In this document: one piece after another, positions 1 through 13,660 of the stretch
Layout: each line of letters opens with the position of its first letter
Position numbering within the stretch: the stretch's first letter is position 1
Assembly (NCBI RefSeq): GCF_018350175.1
Contig: NC_058368.1
Location: forward strand, 162,380,001 to 162,444,000
Reading direction: 5' to 3'
DNA length: 64,000 nucleotides
Source: Felis catus
Lineage: Eukaryota
Translations under genes and position numbers: made by a program
Notes under the pieces: model-generated
What the model saw: only the letters and a program-made list of their open reading frames with translations
Told to the model about the DNA's origin: nothing
Databases searched by the model: none

Positions 1-59
1 GAAGAGTCAAGAACTCAGTTAAATGAAAACTTTAAGGATATAAAGAACTATTATCATGG

Positions 60-560
60 GATTACTAGACAAAGTGATCTGGAGATACAGAGAATGGCAT
101 ATTCGAAACTGGGATTTTGGAGATAGTGCAGTAATGCAGGATTTGGGGTGTGTTTCCTAGGGTAAGGCACAGTGAATGTAGGGAAAATCTACATCTACAT
201 CACTAGGGAAAATCTAACATCAGTTAGAGCTGATGCAGTCTAGAAGCAGAGAGAGGCCAGAGTTTTGAGTGGGTCCTCAATGTGAGTATTTGAAGTCACT
301 GAGGATGATGAGTGGATTAAGAGTCAAGTGTGAAGAGGTCAGCTGAGTCAAGTGGTCCTTCAGCGGCTGGAAGTGAAGGGATAGATGGCTGCAGGTTGGC
401 AGCTTGAGGAGAAGCAGTCAGGACACCACTGATAACACTGATTTCAGAGCAGCTGCTGTCTTCTGGAAGAAGGGAGACTATTTTGGTTCATGGAAGGAAA
501 CAAAACAGTGTATCTCCCTCATCTTGTGACCATGTCAAATTGACTTGTAAGAGAAAAATA
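60..560 (-). mobile_element. Ancient LINE-2 fragment (endonuclease region)
   Basis: Minus strand at ~240-315 reads roughly PLIILSDFK.. followed, across a frameshift, by ..EDPLKTLA, a decayed form of the L2 APE motif IILGDFNIH.DDPS.TLA. Boundaries approximate. Confidence 0.6.
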
Positions 561-879
561 TATTCTTGGCTTGAGAAAGTTTCCATGGAAGGAGAGAGCC
601 ATCCTTGAATACTCAGGATTGGTCATTAAATGATCAGATTTATAACTTCATCTTAAGTTATCACAACCAACAGGCAAAGAGAACATACTTACTTAGCAAT
701 TATAGATTTCCTGATGGGATCTTCCTGGTTTGTTTTAATAAGAATTTTTGCATAAATCTAATCACATTTCTAATATTTTAGGCTGTTTTTGCCACTCTTC
801 ATTGATGCATGAACTAAAATTGTTTCAACTTTACCTAATGTCAAAGTATTTCCTTTCAATCAGTACTTCTTAAATGAGT

Positions 880-1300
880 GTATTATTAGTTAGTTTGATG
901 AGTAAAAACTCAAAATCTCAGTAGCTTTTAATATACGTCTTTCCTTCTTGTTACTTGTGAAGTCTCTGTGTCACCTGCTGTGTTTTGCTCCATGTTTCTT
1001 TGCATTCTATGCTCTAGGATGAAAGAGTAGGTCTTGTGTGGAACACAAAGAAAATATTTGGCAGAAATTTCCAAAGCTTTCTAGAGATTCTGCTCAGACA
1101 TGGTGTTACATTTACTCAAATTTCACTGGCTGAAGTTTGTCACACAATCAAGTTAAATACATTGAGGGAGAGGATAGCAGTCACATCGCTTCCCTCATTG
1201 GTGCTCCACATGTCTTATGGCAGTGGTGAGAATATGTCATAGTCTTCAGGGAAGGAGAAAATGGAAATATCTAAGACAACAAAACAATCTAACATAAAAA
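880..1300 (-). mobile_element. Old MaLR LTR (MLT1I/J-like)
   Basis: Decayed MLT1 motifs 'caaaatctcagtagctt', 'ttctgctcagacatgg', 'tttcactggctgaagtttgtcac'. Confidence 0.5.
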
Positions 1301-4300
1301 GCACTTAAAACTTATAATGAATACTTCATGAAATTAACCCCAAACTCAGCTGGGAGACATGTGTCTGCCAAAGTAAAAATAATATATACTGAATAATGTC
1401 TATAGTAGCCAAAGGGTTAAGGAATTTAAGAAAAAAGTAGATGTCAAGATATTTTTCCTTCTATACCATACAGAATAAATGCAGGTAAAAGAATGTGGTA
1501 ATGCTGGTTTATTGGAAAAGGAAACCTGGCTAATCTAGCTCCCTGAAGTCCTCACTAAGCGGTAATCATTCTTTGGTAAGTTTTTCATGCTTCAGTGTCT
1601 GGTCACAGAATATATCGGCCCAGATACATGGTTTGATCATTTCTCTCATTTATATTCTAGACCCTGAGATAAACTGCATTTAACTTATAGCATGTGAACT
1701 TACCAAGTGGGGAGATGTCCTTTTGAGAGAGGGCTCCAGATTAACCTGGTACTCCTCTATCAGTTAGTTTCCTTGATATAGATATGCAGATATCTTGACT
1801 TTATATGAATAAGCATTTTAGGTCTCTGTTCTTCTCTTTCTTTCTCAGAGTGCCTTCCATATTTCTTGGGAGAATAAAGGGAGCTGATTCAAGAGTATGC
1901 TGCTATTTATTCTCTACTTTCAACTATGCTGACACATATGCCAGCTATTTTAAATGAACCACACCGTGTCGTATTCCAATGAGGATTAGAAAATGTTTCT
2001 TTAAAGAAAACCTGAACTACATAATGAAAAATCGGTTCTAATCTGAAGCCTTTTCCATACATTACCCCACCACTTATTAGTTCTTAAGGCCATGTGAAAA
2101 TTGGGCTGCCGAATTAATTCCTGGAAGCCTGTAAGGAAGGTAGAAAGAAGTAAAGGGGGAAAGAAATGTAAAGCCCCACCATATATTTCATGTGAATTTT
2201 GTTCATCTTGCCGTTTGAAGCATGCCATTCTTAACCTTGGAATATTTTATCATTGGGTCTTTAAACACTCAGGCCAAATTTATTGCCACCAAGATTTACA
2301 GTGTTACTTAAATGAGGATATGACGAGGATCTCAGCTTTACTCTTTCTCTATTGTAAGACATTACTGCTAAAAGGCACTGAGCCAGGCATCACAGTATAA
2401 TAGTACCCTGTGGCTCATAACATAACATCCCCAAGATATGTGCAAACTCATACTCTAATGCTATCTTAAAAACCTCACGGTAAATTATTGCAAAATTATG
2501 GTTAAATGAAAGCGTTTCTTTGTGTGAGACATTGCACGTTCAAACATACTAAATGTTCAATGTGGCATTTACTTGGAAGGATGATTAGAAGAGTTAAACA
2601 AATATTCATGAATGATCACACAATTGCACATTAGGTTCAGGAACACTTACCTGAATGTTTTTGCATTTCTATGAGCTATGGTAATGCACAAAGCTATAAG
2701 CATGTATTAAGATGCAGGATTAATAAAAAATAAATCTACTCTATATTATACTAGGCATCATCTATTCACATAACAATGTATTGAAGGGTCCTTGGTGGCT
2801 TTCAAATATAAGAAAAAATATGGAATTAATTTTATAAGAATGTTTATCAGGCTATCCCAAAGAATAAAGAAAAAATAGAGATATACCAGGTGCCATTATA
2901 TTGAATCATTCATAGATTAAAGGAGCATAATGGAGGAAACCTACACAATGAGCGTTTTGGAAGCATGTTATACATTTCTATTTGAGGACTTAGAAGGGAG
3001 CCAATCATATGCTGCCCTTGACCCAAAAAGGACAAATTTCTATTCTCTGTGTATTCTGTTTTTCCAGGTTAGAATGCTTGGCTGAAACAAAAAGTCTGTA
3101 GTTGTTAGTCAATACACCTTGCTATGTAAGGCAGAAGGAAACTGTCGCACATAGTTGGTACTTTCTACATATCTTGGGGAAAAAGAAAGAAAAAAAATAC
3201 TGCTGGCAAGAGTACTTCATGAAATTGTTCAGGAACTCGTTATAAGACTCTTGCCTTGGGACCTAAAGGGATGCTTATACAAATTTAGTAGACAATCACT
3301 TGCTTCCTGTGGGTTGGGATGGGAGTTAGGCACATGAAGACAGGAAGCAATCTTTCACCTTTAAGAAAGAGCTAGTGTAACTGATGCTGTGTTTGCTCTT
3401 TGGAAGTTTGTATACCCATGGGTGAAGTATAATTGCTTCTTATCCCTGATTTGATTAAAAGTGGTAATTATTTATAGTATTAATATAGTGTATTAGTATA
3501 TTGATATGGTGCAGTTTCTGAAATAATTCACGTTCATGAGTCTTTATGAATGTCCTTTTGGTTCCCAAGCAGGTGAGACCCTCATGATAGCAGGACATAT
3601 TTGAAGAGTTAGCCAAGGAATGAAAATATGACACTAGATCCCTTTCTAACATCTTCTTCCAGTCAAGTAATTCCTATTTGAGTCCACTTCCTGTGACTTT
3701 CCTTTTCTCTTTCCATCTCCAAGCTTTATTAAATATTCTTAACATGTAGCCATTAGAAGAGATCTTATATAAAACTAGAAGAAAGTAAATACACTTTGAG
3801 GAAGAAAAGTGATAATTTTAAGTCGAAGCTAACGTAGTCGGTGTTTAGGAAAAGGAAAAGGAGGCCAACTAGGTGCCTCACCTGAACTAAGATGTTGTTG
3901 AAGTTTCAACAAGAAATATGTAAAAACAAACAAACAAAGTGAACAAGAAAATAATTTACCAGTACCAGGAAGGTAAAGCAATGTCATCATTACTTAAAAA
4001 CATGGTCTTGAGTAATTCTATCTAATAGATGGAATAATTTATTTCCAGATTCAAAGTGTCTTAGGAAAACCTTTTGGTGGACAAAAGAGGTCTTGTTTTG
4101 GTTCTGGTTTTGATCAATTTGGTTTGGTTTTAGAAATTTTGCAATACTGTTTATGGAGGAGAGAAAGAGAGTGATGAAATGTGTCCAATGAAAATTTCAA
4201 AGAAATTTTAGGACATAAATAAGCCAATTTAGAATAATTGTTACTTAGCCATATATCTGTTTTAGAAATATTCAAGTACCTGTTTGGTTTGTCAGCATGT

Positions 4301-6347
4301 TTTATAAGTGTTTATTTATTGTACTACTGTAAATAATACTTCAGTTGAGAAGAATTTAATTAAATATATAGAGAAGCTGTATAAAAAAACATTTAAATAT
4401 TTGAAAATATATTAAGTAATGATTTAAGTGCGAGATCAATTTCCCTTTTAAATATGCAATAACTTCATTGTAATATATGAGCTAAATTTAATAAATATAA
4501 TGACAATATTTACAGAATATATATGATAATGTCTTGATCACATTTCAAATGCACAAGGAATTACAACATTTTTAATAATCCCAAACTACATTTGTGAAGC
4601 AAATTATCCTTAATATTAACTTTCTTTTTAATAACTTCAATTTTGGAACACCTGCAGGAGCACTTCCATGTTTCATAGGCATGCTAAATTCTGTTCCCAA
4701 GATAATCACAGAAAATAACTATGTAACCAGCCATTTACATCATTTATATATTTAATTTCCTTCTTCCCATTTAGTAAGTCTAACTGAAGTTTGAATCAGA
4801 CAAAGGAAGCATCATGAACAATGCATATTTTGAGCATGATAAAAAATTAAAGACTTGAACTTAAGAGGGGCTCTAAACATATACTTCATGATAAGGTCCC
4901 CCCTGCCCCCATCATGTAAGAGAAAAACACCTGCTATGCTTTTTCACTCTCACAGGTTCTCATTCTAATGTTATGTTCCAGAGCCATCACGTGCAAATTG
5001 GTACAAAAACAAAAAAATGGCCAAAGATCTTCATCTCTCCAATTAATATCTGTGAGCAGCTGGATTAGTTCACTGTCCCACTGCTTTTTTTGTGTGTGTA
5101 GAGAAAAATGCACCATTTAGACTAAACCTTTCAGTCCGTTTGCAAATGAACAGCTAAAGGTCAAGCATTTTATTTCAGGATTTCTGGAAGTAGTGACATT
5201 GGACTGATCTATACCTGTACATATTGTTCAGAAAACCTGATCTGAGAATGTAGAAATATCTGAATATCTGTAAAAAGAAAACTATAGGAGGTGATGGATG
5301 TGTTACTTACCTAGATGATGGGAATCCTTTTACCATTTAAAAAAGAGGAAAATATAAATAGAATCATGTCTATTCTGTTCTTTTTATCAGTTGTTTAGAA
5401 TATACTTATAGTATGTCCTTAATATTTCTCCATTCCCAGCACATACATCACTGCATTGTTTTTAAGACTGAATGATTTCTTATAGATCAATGAGTCCTTT
5501 GCAAGCAGTAACATGCATTATTTATCTTGTATATTCAATGCATTGCAAGGTGCCTGATTCTGTGGATTTAAAAATGGCTATTGAATGATTATATAGGATA
5601 TGAAGATCATACAGGACCATCTCTCTGACTAGCCATATTTTATCTTCTCTTTTCTGAAACCTGTCTTAATTCCTCCTTAATTTTGTGCAGACAATTTTAA
5701 CACATTCAGGAGCTTCAATTCATCAATTACTGAGTCTATAGACATCTACATGCATTTGGATTTCAGTAGTACACATATCCACGTTAGGCTCAATCTTATA
5801 ACTGCTCTCTGAATCCTCTAGTTTGGATGGAGTACTTTATTATTCTGATATGTTATACATGACTTTTCCACTCTTCCTAGCCTCATTTGATTCTTTGTTC
5901 CTGGTTATTTATCTTGGATTATCCTCCTATCACACACATGTCTGCCTACTTCTAATGTCTATTTTAGACAGTTGCAAAACAGTTTTCCTTATATCCATAT
6001 TTCTTAGATTTTACTATGTTTTATAAATTGAAATTTTATAGTGTGTTCGTTTCTAGAAAAGACCTTTATTCAAGCTGTAGTTCACTGAAGATACTTTGTA
6101 CTTGAGTTTTAAACAAAGCATACAATTTGAAACTTGATAAATAAAAAAACACTGAATTGTTTGAATCCTTTTTATAAGTTCAACTTACAACACATAATTG
6201 CATATTTTTACCTAATTAAAAATGTACACATTAAAAAGTTTCACAAAAATAATAATTTCAATTTCAAAACAATTTACTTTTTTATGTGTATAGTTCCTTT
6301 TGAATCAGTAATATAAAACATGTTGGGCTAGACAAGCATATTCTTTT

Positions 6348-6723
6348 TTTGTTTTGTTTTGTTTTTTTGGTTTTTTTTGTTTGTTTGTTTTTGAGGGCAG
6401 TCATGAATCTTTATTCACAACATATCAGTATCACCAAAATAAGAAGAAAGAACTAGAAATACAAGAAGAAATGGACAAAAATATAGCTTTGAGAAAACAT
6501 CATTGCATTATTTTTCTATGTCAAATGAAACCTATAAAATGTTTTAATAATATAATTAATAAGTGTTAACCAATAGGTACATATTGAATTGGCATCTTCC
6601 GCTGAAAGTATGCCTTCTTTTCCAAGTACCCATGGAACTTTAAAATAAATGTGTCCCTTACGTGACCAAAAGTCCTTAATACATTCTTTTTTTTTTTAAT
6701 TTTTTTTAATTTTTTTTATTAAG
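6348..6723 (-). mobile_element. L1-mediated retroposed insert (orphan 3' transduction or 3'UTR retrocopy)
   Basis: TSD gcatattctttt at 6336-6347 and 6724-6735, followed by aa (TTTT/AA site). Poly(A)-derived tail at 6348-6392, AATAAA on the minus strand at 6410-6415, second A-rich tail at 6687-6720. Confidence 0.8.
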
Positions 6724-6797
6724 GCATATTCTTTTAAGAGACTAAGGGACAGCTGTAAAATTTAGTTAAAAAAAAGCAAACAAATTGCAACATCTTT

Positions 6798-7038
6798 TTT
6801 TAATGTTTTTTATTTATTTTTCAGAGAAAGAGAGAGGGGGAGAGAGAGAGAGAGAAAGATAGATAGCATGAGTGGGGCGGGGGACGGTCAGAGAGAGAGG
6901 GAAACACAGAATACAAAGCAGGCTCCAGGCTCTGAGCTGTCAGCACAGAGCCTGACATGGGGCTGGAACTCACAAGCCATGAGATCATGACCTGAGCCGA
7001 AGTCGGAGGCTTAACCGACTGAGCCACCCAGGCACCCC
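6798..7038 (-). mobile_element. CanSINE (SINEC_Fc-like)
   Basis: tRNA-derived head, (CT)n and A tail; perfect 17-bp TSD caaattgcaacatcttt at 6781-6797 and 7039-7055. Confidence 0.97.
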
Positions 7039-7600
7039 CAAATTGCAACATCTTTATGAGCTAGTGTCTATCCTTGGTCTTTGGGGAAGGGGAAGAAGAC
7101 AAGTCCTCTCTTCTACCACCTGATTTCTCCTGGAATGTAACAACCCATCTTATACACCCTAATCCATGCCTAACTGTGAAGGGATGGCTAAAATTGAAAG
7201 AATTTTCTTCTGGTTACTCTCTGAAATCATAATTACAGTTCTCCAATATGTGTCCACATTCATACACAAGACTAGGTGATCCTGGTCACCCCAGCCATCT
7301 ATTCCCCTTTCTCACAAACACAAATATACCTGGTATGCATATTGACAGTTTCCTTTTTCTGAAGCTTGGTATCATCTCATTTAAATTTATGTTGACTCTG
7401 AGAAGAGTTAACATAGGAAAAAATGGTGTTTAAGAACAGTGTCTTCATTTAGCATTTTGTGTTTGCCCTGAGACATTTGACAGTTTGCCCCAAATATCTG
7501 TTTTCCTCAGACAAACTTGAAAGGATGTTGGTGGTTCATGATGATTAGTAACAGAACAAAAAATATGCAGTTCCATATGCTAATCTCATCTTAACCTAAC

Positions 7601-7810
7601 TTTTTTTTAAATATTTATTTTTGAGAGAGAGAGATTGAGACAGAGCATGAGCAGGGGAGGGGGAGAGAGAGAGGGAGACAGAATCTGAAGCAAGTTCTAG
7701 GTTCTAAGCTGTCAGCACAGAGCCCAATGTGGGGCTCAAACGCACAAGCCTTGAGATTATGATCTGAGCTAAAGTCAGACGTGTAACCGGCTGAGCCACC
7801 CAGGCACCCC
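7601..7810 (-). mobile_element. CanSINE
   Basis: Reverse complement of ggggtgcctgggtggctcag...(CT)n...A tail; no clear TSD. Confidence 0.95.
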
Positions 7811-8608
7811 TATTTATTCAGCTTTAACTGCCAATTTCGTTTTCACTATATTGTTTTCCAAGTATTTTTTTTTCTTCTCCACCAAATGTCTTTCTGAGCA
7901 CTTCAACTTTGTGCCTCTTTGACCATGTTATTCTCCATAAATATGCTTTATCTATTTACCTAGATGGAAATAGCAAAGTGATAATGTCTTTGAATACATT
8001 ATTAAAATGAACTGCTTCAAACAGGCTATAATATCACAGCTAGTTCAGTGCAGTAGGGTGCACAATGGGTTTCACAGGTGATTAAATACATCTGTTTGCA
8101 AATGGAAAATTATTTTGAATATATATATTTTCAGTTACTATCCTCACTAAAAATCAATTTAAATCCCTGGAAAATAAAATAATATCTAAATAATTGAAAT
8201 ATTCTTACATTCAAGTTTTGGTCATTGTACATTTATTATAGTATGTATTAAAGGAGAATCAAACTTTCTCAGTTGGATAGCAAATGGAATAGTCATAAAA
8301 CGAGAATGATGACCAAAGCTATAACCCATATATTTGGTTTTTAATTCTGCTACTGTTGTGTAGTAATTTTATGTAACACATTTGATCTCCCTGAACTGGA
8401 GTTCTGCCATCTGTTAAAAGGAGATGATAATAAAACTTAATCCCATCATAAAGTTCCTGTAGGAGAATGGTTGCAGTATTTCATATCCTGAAGCTTGGTT
8501 AGTTGTTGGTTAACAAATCAAGCATTAGGTCCTTCAGAATCCTCTCAAGTCTATCAGTCCACTGGGAAAGACTGGATAGGGGTGTGCTCTGATGGAGTAA
8601 GGTATTTA

Positions 8609-8828
8609 TTTATTTTTTAAATTTTTTTCATGTTTACTTATTTTGAAAGAGATAGAGATATGGCAAGCAGGGAAGGGACAGAAAGAGAAGGAGACAGACA
8701 ATCCCAAGCAGGCCCTGCGCCATCAGCACAGAGCCCCACACAAGGCTCGATCTCAGGAACTGTGAGATCATGACCTGAGCCAAAACCAAGAGTCGGAAGC
8801 TCAACTGACTGAACCACCCAGGTGCCTC
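8609..8828 (-). mobile_element. CanSINE
   Basis: Full SINE body; 16-bp TSD tgg(a/g)gtaaggtattta at 8593-8608 and 8829-8844. Confidence 0.96.
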
Positions 8829-9778
8829 TGGGGTAAGGTATTTAAATATGCATCTTTCTGGGTACCACTGCAGTTGATGATCCAGAAATTGTAGCTTCTG
8901 CTTACCATATTTTTCATATATGAACAACTTGCTTTAATGTAAGTTCACATTTGTTTCATAAACTTATTCATGAGAAAGTAATAACATTGACAACCTAATA
9001 AAGCATGGTGAAATCAGTCCTTGGTGCCTCATGTGCCACTACAGAGTCTTGTTCAAGGGAATTTCATATTCTCCTGTATTTTTGCTCTCTGAAAGGGCTG
9101 CTGGAAGAATGATCTATTATTCCAAGATTCCTGCCTATAACCCTCAGACATCATTTGAAATGCCATCATAATCTTTATATGGAAAAGCTAAATCACAAAG
9201 CAATGTTCCAGTGCAATGAGAATTTGCCTTAAAACTTTCATTATCTCTGTCTGTGAAGCATAACACGTCTGGAACTTTCTTGACCATCCTTCCCACCAGA
9301 GGCTGAAACCCAAAACCTGGTAAAGAATTGAAACTTACCAAATTGAGATGCCTGATTACTTCACTCATCAAATTACTCATTCTCTGTTTATCAGTTTTTT
9401 TTCAACTTTATTCCATATTATATGTTTCTTTTTCTTTCTCTAACTTGTGCATACTTTGTGACTTCAATATGACATCTTTTAGCATATGGGTAATAGAATA
9501 GTCTTTAAATGCATTATATATTTAGAATATTACTCAACAGACTTTCTTAGAAGGATCATGTCTGCATCTCTGAATATAAACTGAAAGCTGGAATGTTATT
9601 TTTATCAGCATAAAAATGTCAAAGTCCTACAACAATGTTTCATGTTCACTGATTTTTAAAAAGCAAGTTGATTTTCTTTAAAGCCTCTGAACTAAAATTG
9701 TGAAAGTGAAAAAATGTTTTATACAGAACTGAGAATATAGAGAAAAAAATGGATCGCTTCCCTTTTTTTCACAGTTGT

Positions 9779-9940
9779 GTTTTTTTATTTTTTTAATATG
9801 AAATTGTCAAATTGGTTTACATACAATACCCAGTGCTCATCCCAACAGGTGCCCTCCTCAATGCCCATCACACACCCTCCACTCCCTCCCACCCCCATCA
9901 ACCTCAGTTTATTCTTAGTTTTTAAGAGTCTCTTATGGTT
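9779..9940 (-). mobile_element. 5'-truncated felid L1 3'UTR stub
   Basis: Closely matches the 3' ends of the L1 copies at ~33920-34080 and ~40620-40780 (cagtgctcatcccaacaggtgccctcctcaatgccc), with a T tract. Confidence 0.92.
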
Positions 9941-10617
9941 TTCTTTCTTGATGCCAAATGAGTTTTCACTGGGGCCTCACACATGTACATGATTAATTTT
10001 GAAAGTTTGTCTTTATGCCCCTTATTTTATAATGCCTGTTTTCTGATGTCACTTTTGCCATTTGTGTTTTCTAGCTATGCCCACTTATAATATTATTGGA
10101 TTACCATTATATTTTTATGGGGGAGTGAGGGAGAAAAAAACAGAAATTTGCCATTTTTGAAAATTAAGATTATATACACTACACACAATTAGAGAAATTA
10201 TTTCTTCTGATTTGTTTTTGCTGAAAGTTATTGTATACTAAGAATTTAGCTACTGTAATGTCCAGTCTTTTATTGTATTATGCTGCTACATTTTCAGTTC
10301 AGTTCAAATGGAATAAGGAGTTTTTAAAATAGTAAACAATTTATACCTGTTATGCTAGAAAAAACAATACACTGCCTCACAAAAGAAAATAGTTATGAGT
10401 TGCAAAGGTAAAATTTATGTTAGTTTACAAAATGAGCATTCTGTCCTCCAGATGCTGTGTATTCTGTCATAAGTATGATGTTATCCCTAGAAATAGTTTT
10501 ACTTTTTGAAGTAGTAGAAAACATGTACTATTTAAAGTGCTAAATAACTTGAAAAGCATAATTCTGATAATGAGAAAACAAGGTATGTTACATTATTATA
10601 ATTAAGTTACTATGATT

Positions 10618-10836
10618 GGAGTGCCTGGGTGGCTCAGTCAGTTAAGCATCTGCCTTCAGCTCAGGTCATGATCTCCTGTTTCTTGGGTTCTAGCCCCGCG
10701 TCAGGCTCTGTGCTGATAGCTCAGACCCTGGAGCCTGCTTCGGATTCTGTGTCTCCCTCTCTGCCCCTACCTCACTCACACTCCCCCTCTCGCTCTTTCT
10801 CAAAATAAGTAAACATTGAAAAAAAATTTTTTAAAG
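10618..10836 (+). mobile_element. CanSINE
   Basis: SINE body; TSD aattaagttact(atg/gta)att at 10600-10617 and 10837-10854. Confidence 0.96.
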
Positions 10837-11608
10837 AATTAAGTTACTGTAATTAAAATATCACTGTAAATCCCTAGCATCAACTGTTAAAAGGTAAGAA
10901 CATTTTGGTATATCTTCTGGAAAAAAAAATCCAAGAGAAATATGAACATTTATTAGTGAGGACATATGTAAAATTCAGTTCTGCCACTTTCTGTTTTTCA
11001 GGTTCCCTACAATTTTCCTGCTTAAATGTTACACTAGTAAAATTAAATATCTATTTTAAACAAATCATATAATTAGTAACTTAATTAAATACACATAGCT
11101 TTATTTCTGGATCACTGTTAGTCTTTATGTACTTACAGTCTTTAATTAAAGATCATTTGGTTTTTTTAAATCTGCTTTTAGAAATCTACCCCAAATTTAT
11201 ATATATATATTATGTATGTAATATACATATAATTGAAACTTGTAGATATAGTTACAATTATTTCTCAAGTTCCATTACTATTTAAACTCTTTTTCTTCAC
11301 AAAAATTTTAAGTGTATATGTCAATTGTAGCTGGAAATGCAGTTTTTACCATATAAAAAAAAATCCTGGAATTTAATTGGCAGAATGAATTTGAGAGAAA
11401 TCACATAGGAGCATAAAAAATGAAAACTTTAGGTACTGCACATGCCAAAGAAGTTTGATAAGGCGCTCAGAGAGCCAGATTTATGAAGCTTTATGTAAGC
11501 AAAATTGCTTCCGCTTTTTTAAGTGCTTTGTGATTTATATATCAATATACTAAAATTTTCACATCTTTTCTAAGATGTTAATACTTCTGTTAAAAAAATA
11601 GCATTCCA

Positions 11609-11822
11609 GGGACACCTGAATGGCTCAGTCGGTTAAGCATCCGATTTCAGCTCAGGTCATGATCTCACGGTTCATGAGTTTGAGCCCCGCATCTGGCTCT
11701 GTGCTGACAGCTCAGAGCCTGGAGCCTGTTTCGGATCTGTGTCTCCCTCTCTCTGCCCCTCCCCCGCTCATGCTCTGTCTCTCTTTCTCTCCCAAAAATA
11801 AACTTTACAAAAAGAAATTTTT
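11609..11822 (+). mobile_element. CanSINE
   Basis: SINE body; TSD aatagcattcca at 11597-11608 and 11823-11834. Confidence 0.96.
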
Positions 11823-13407
11823 AATAGCATTCCATGTGTGTTCTCACAGGCATATTATCATTACGGAAGAAATATGATGTAGCGAGGGCATTCGTAGTCC
11901 TATATTCTATTAATGCAGTATAAAATATTTGGAAGTTATATGAAGATCAATATGAATATGTGTATTAGAGATCCTATTATTCTCAACATTGTCATTCAAT
12001 TGAAAGGAAATGTCATCCAACAGAACACTAGCTATAGGGTAGAAAACATTTGAAAATATTTTAATGACAAATTTTAGGTAAAAAGCAAAAAATACATTGC
12101 ATTAGTTGTTGATAATCCCTGTATAAAATATAACTTATTTTTCTTCTAATAATTCTTCTAATAAATGTGCCTTTTATGATGGTTCATATAGGGGTTATCT
12201 GAAAATAAATTTGGAAGATAGCTTAGGACCATGCTTTTCTAGAAAAAAAAATGTTATTAACATGTTTGCATGTAAGACTAATAGCGCGATACACGATTTT
12301 TTAAAACTTTGGAGTTGCTTACAAGACAAACTGGAGAAAATACAGATTGAAACAGGAGATATTTAAGAAGACATCAAAAATTTATAGGAATGTTCTTAAT
12401 GAAATAAACTTGACTTGATAGTGATAGCTAAAAAACAGAAATAGTAAATTATAATAGTAAATGTCAAGACTGTGGTATCAACAGGATTCAATGACCTGTT
12501 CGATATAAGATGATCTAAAGAAATGAGAATCTAAAATTGCTCTAGATTTTGAACCTCAGTGATCCAGAGAATGGTGATTTTAAAAGTGGTGAGATGAACT
12601 GTACATTCAGAATGCTGGATTTAATGCACTAGTGGTTTTTATTTTGCACTAAAGATCATAGAGATGTCTAGCAAGTAGTTGAAAATTAAGAGCTCACACT
12701 GAGGAAATTTATAAGTAGTGTAGGTATAAATTATGATACTAGTTCTTGTTCAAATTGTATTAGTGAGTATTACTGTGACAAAAGATAGAAGGAACATAAC
12801 AGCAAGTCCATTTTAAAACAAATTACGTCAAGCAAATTAAAATATACATTTTCTGGAAAAATGGAAAATGTTTTCATAATATGTCTATAGTTTCAGAAGT
12901 GACAGAGTCCCGAGAAGGAAATTTGGAAGACCTTACTAAGGGAAATAAAGTCAAGGAGTTCCATTTTTATCACAATTCTTTGGGGAAATTTGGCATTCAC
13001 GATGCAACAGATAATAGGGATCCTTCACCAAGAGTCATTATCCTTCCCCATGGTCTCTTTGTTCCCTTGCTAACTTATGTAGAACCGCGATTTTGGTCAC
13101 CTTATGCCTTATTGTCGAGCCATGAGAATAAAACTGGGAACCGGAACATTTCTGGTCAAACTAGGCCATGTGATTACTTAACCTATAATATTTGTTCTTT
13201 TAGTACAAATATTACTACAAATCATGTTCTGATTAATGTAAGTCATTCATGTTGGCTTACACTGAGTTCAAACTGATAATCAATGAACTTATACTTCATT
13301 TTTTTAATTTTTTAGGAGGAAATTTTACTAAGGTAATGAAAGATCTGTTCATTGACAACTATAAAACACTGACATTTGCACTTTATGTTTCAAGTGTTTT
13401 CCCTGAA

Positions 13408-13660
13408 GGGCACCTGGGTGGCTCAGTCAGTTCAACAACTGACTCTTGATTTCAGCTCCGGTCAATCCCAGGGTTCATGAGATTGAGCCCCGTGTCAGGC
13501 TCCAAACTAAGCAAGAAGCCTGCTTAGGATTCCCTCTCTCTCTCTGTCTCTCACTGTGTCTCTATCTCTCTCCCTCTTCCCCTCCACCAATAGCTCTTTC
13601 TCTCTCTCTCTCTAATATAATATATTTAATAATAAAAAAATATATACTAAATATATATAT
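13408..13660 (+). mobile_element. CanSINE (older type, tail decayed to AT-rich repeat)
   Basis: gggcacctgggtggctcagtcag...gactcttgatttcagctc...(CT)n. Confidence 0.93.

Noticed and set aside
6821..7051. SINE-derived ORFs (GAWVAQSVK...; also 11620, 17360, 39602, 50408) and tRNA-like A/B boxes
   Set aside because: Translations and heads of CanSINEs, not genes or tRNAs.
12881..13276. 131-aa ORF, the longest not from L1
   Set aside because: No recognisable domain, no splice or promoter context, and it overlaps a MER94-like remnant (~13125-13180); probably chance.
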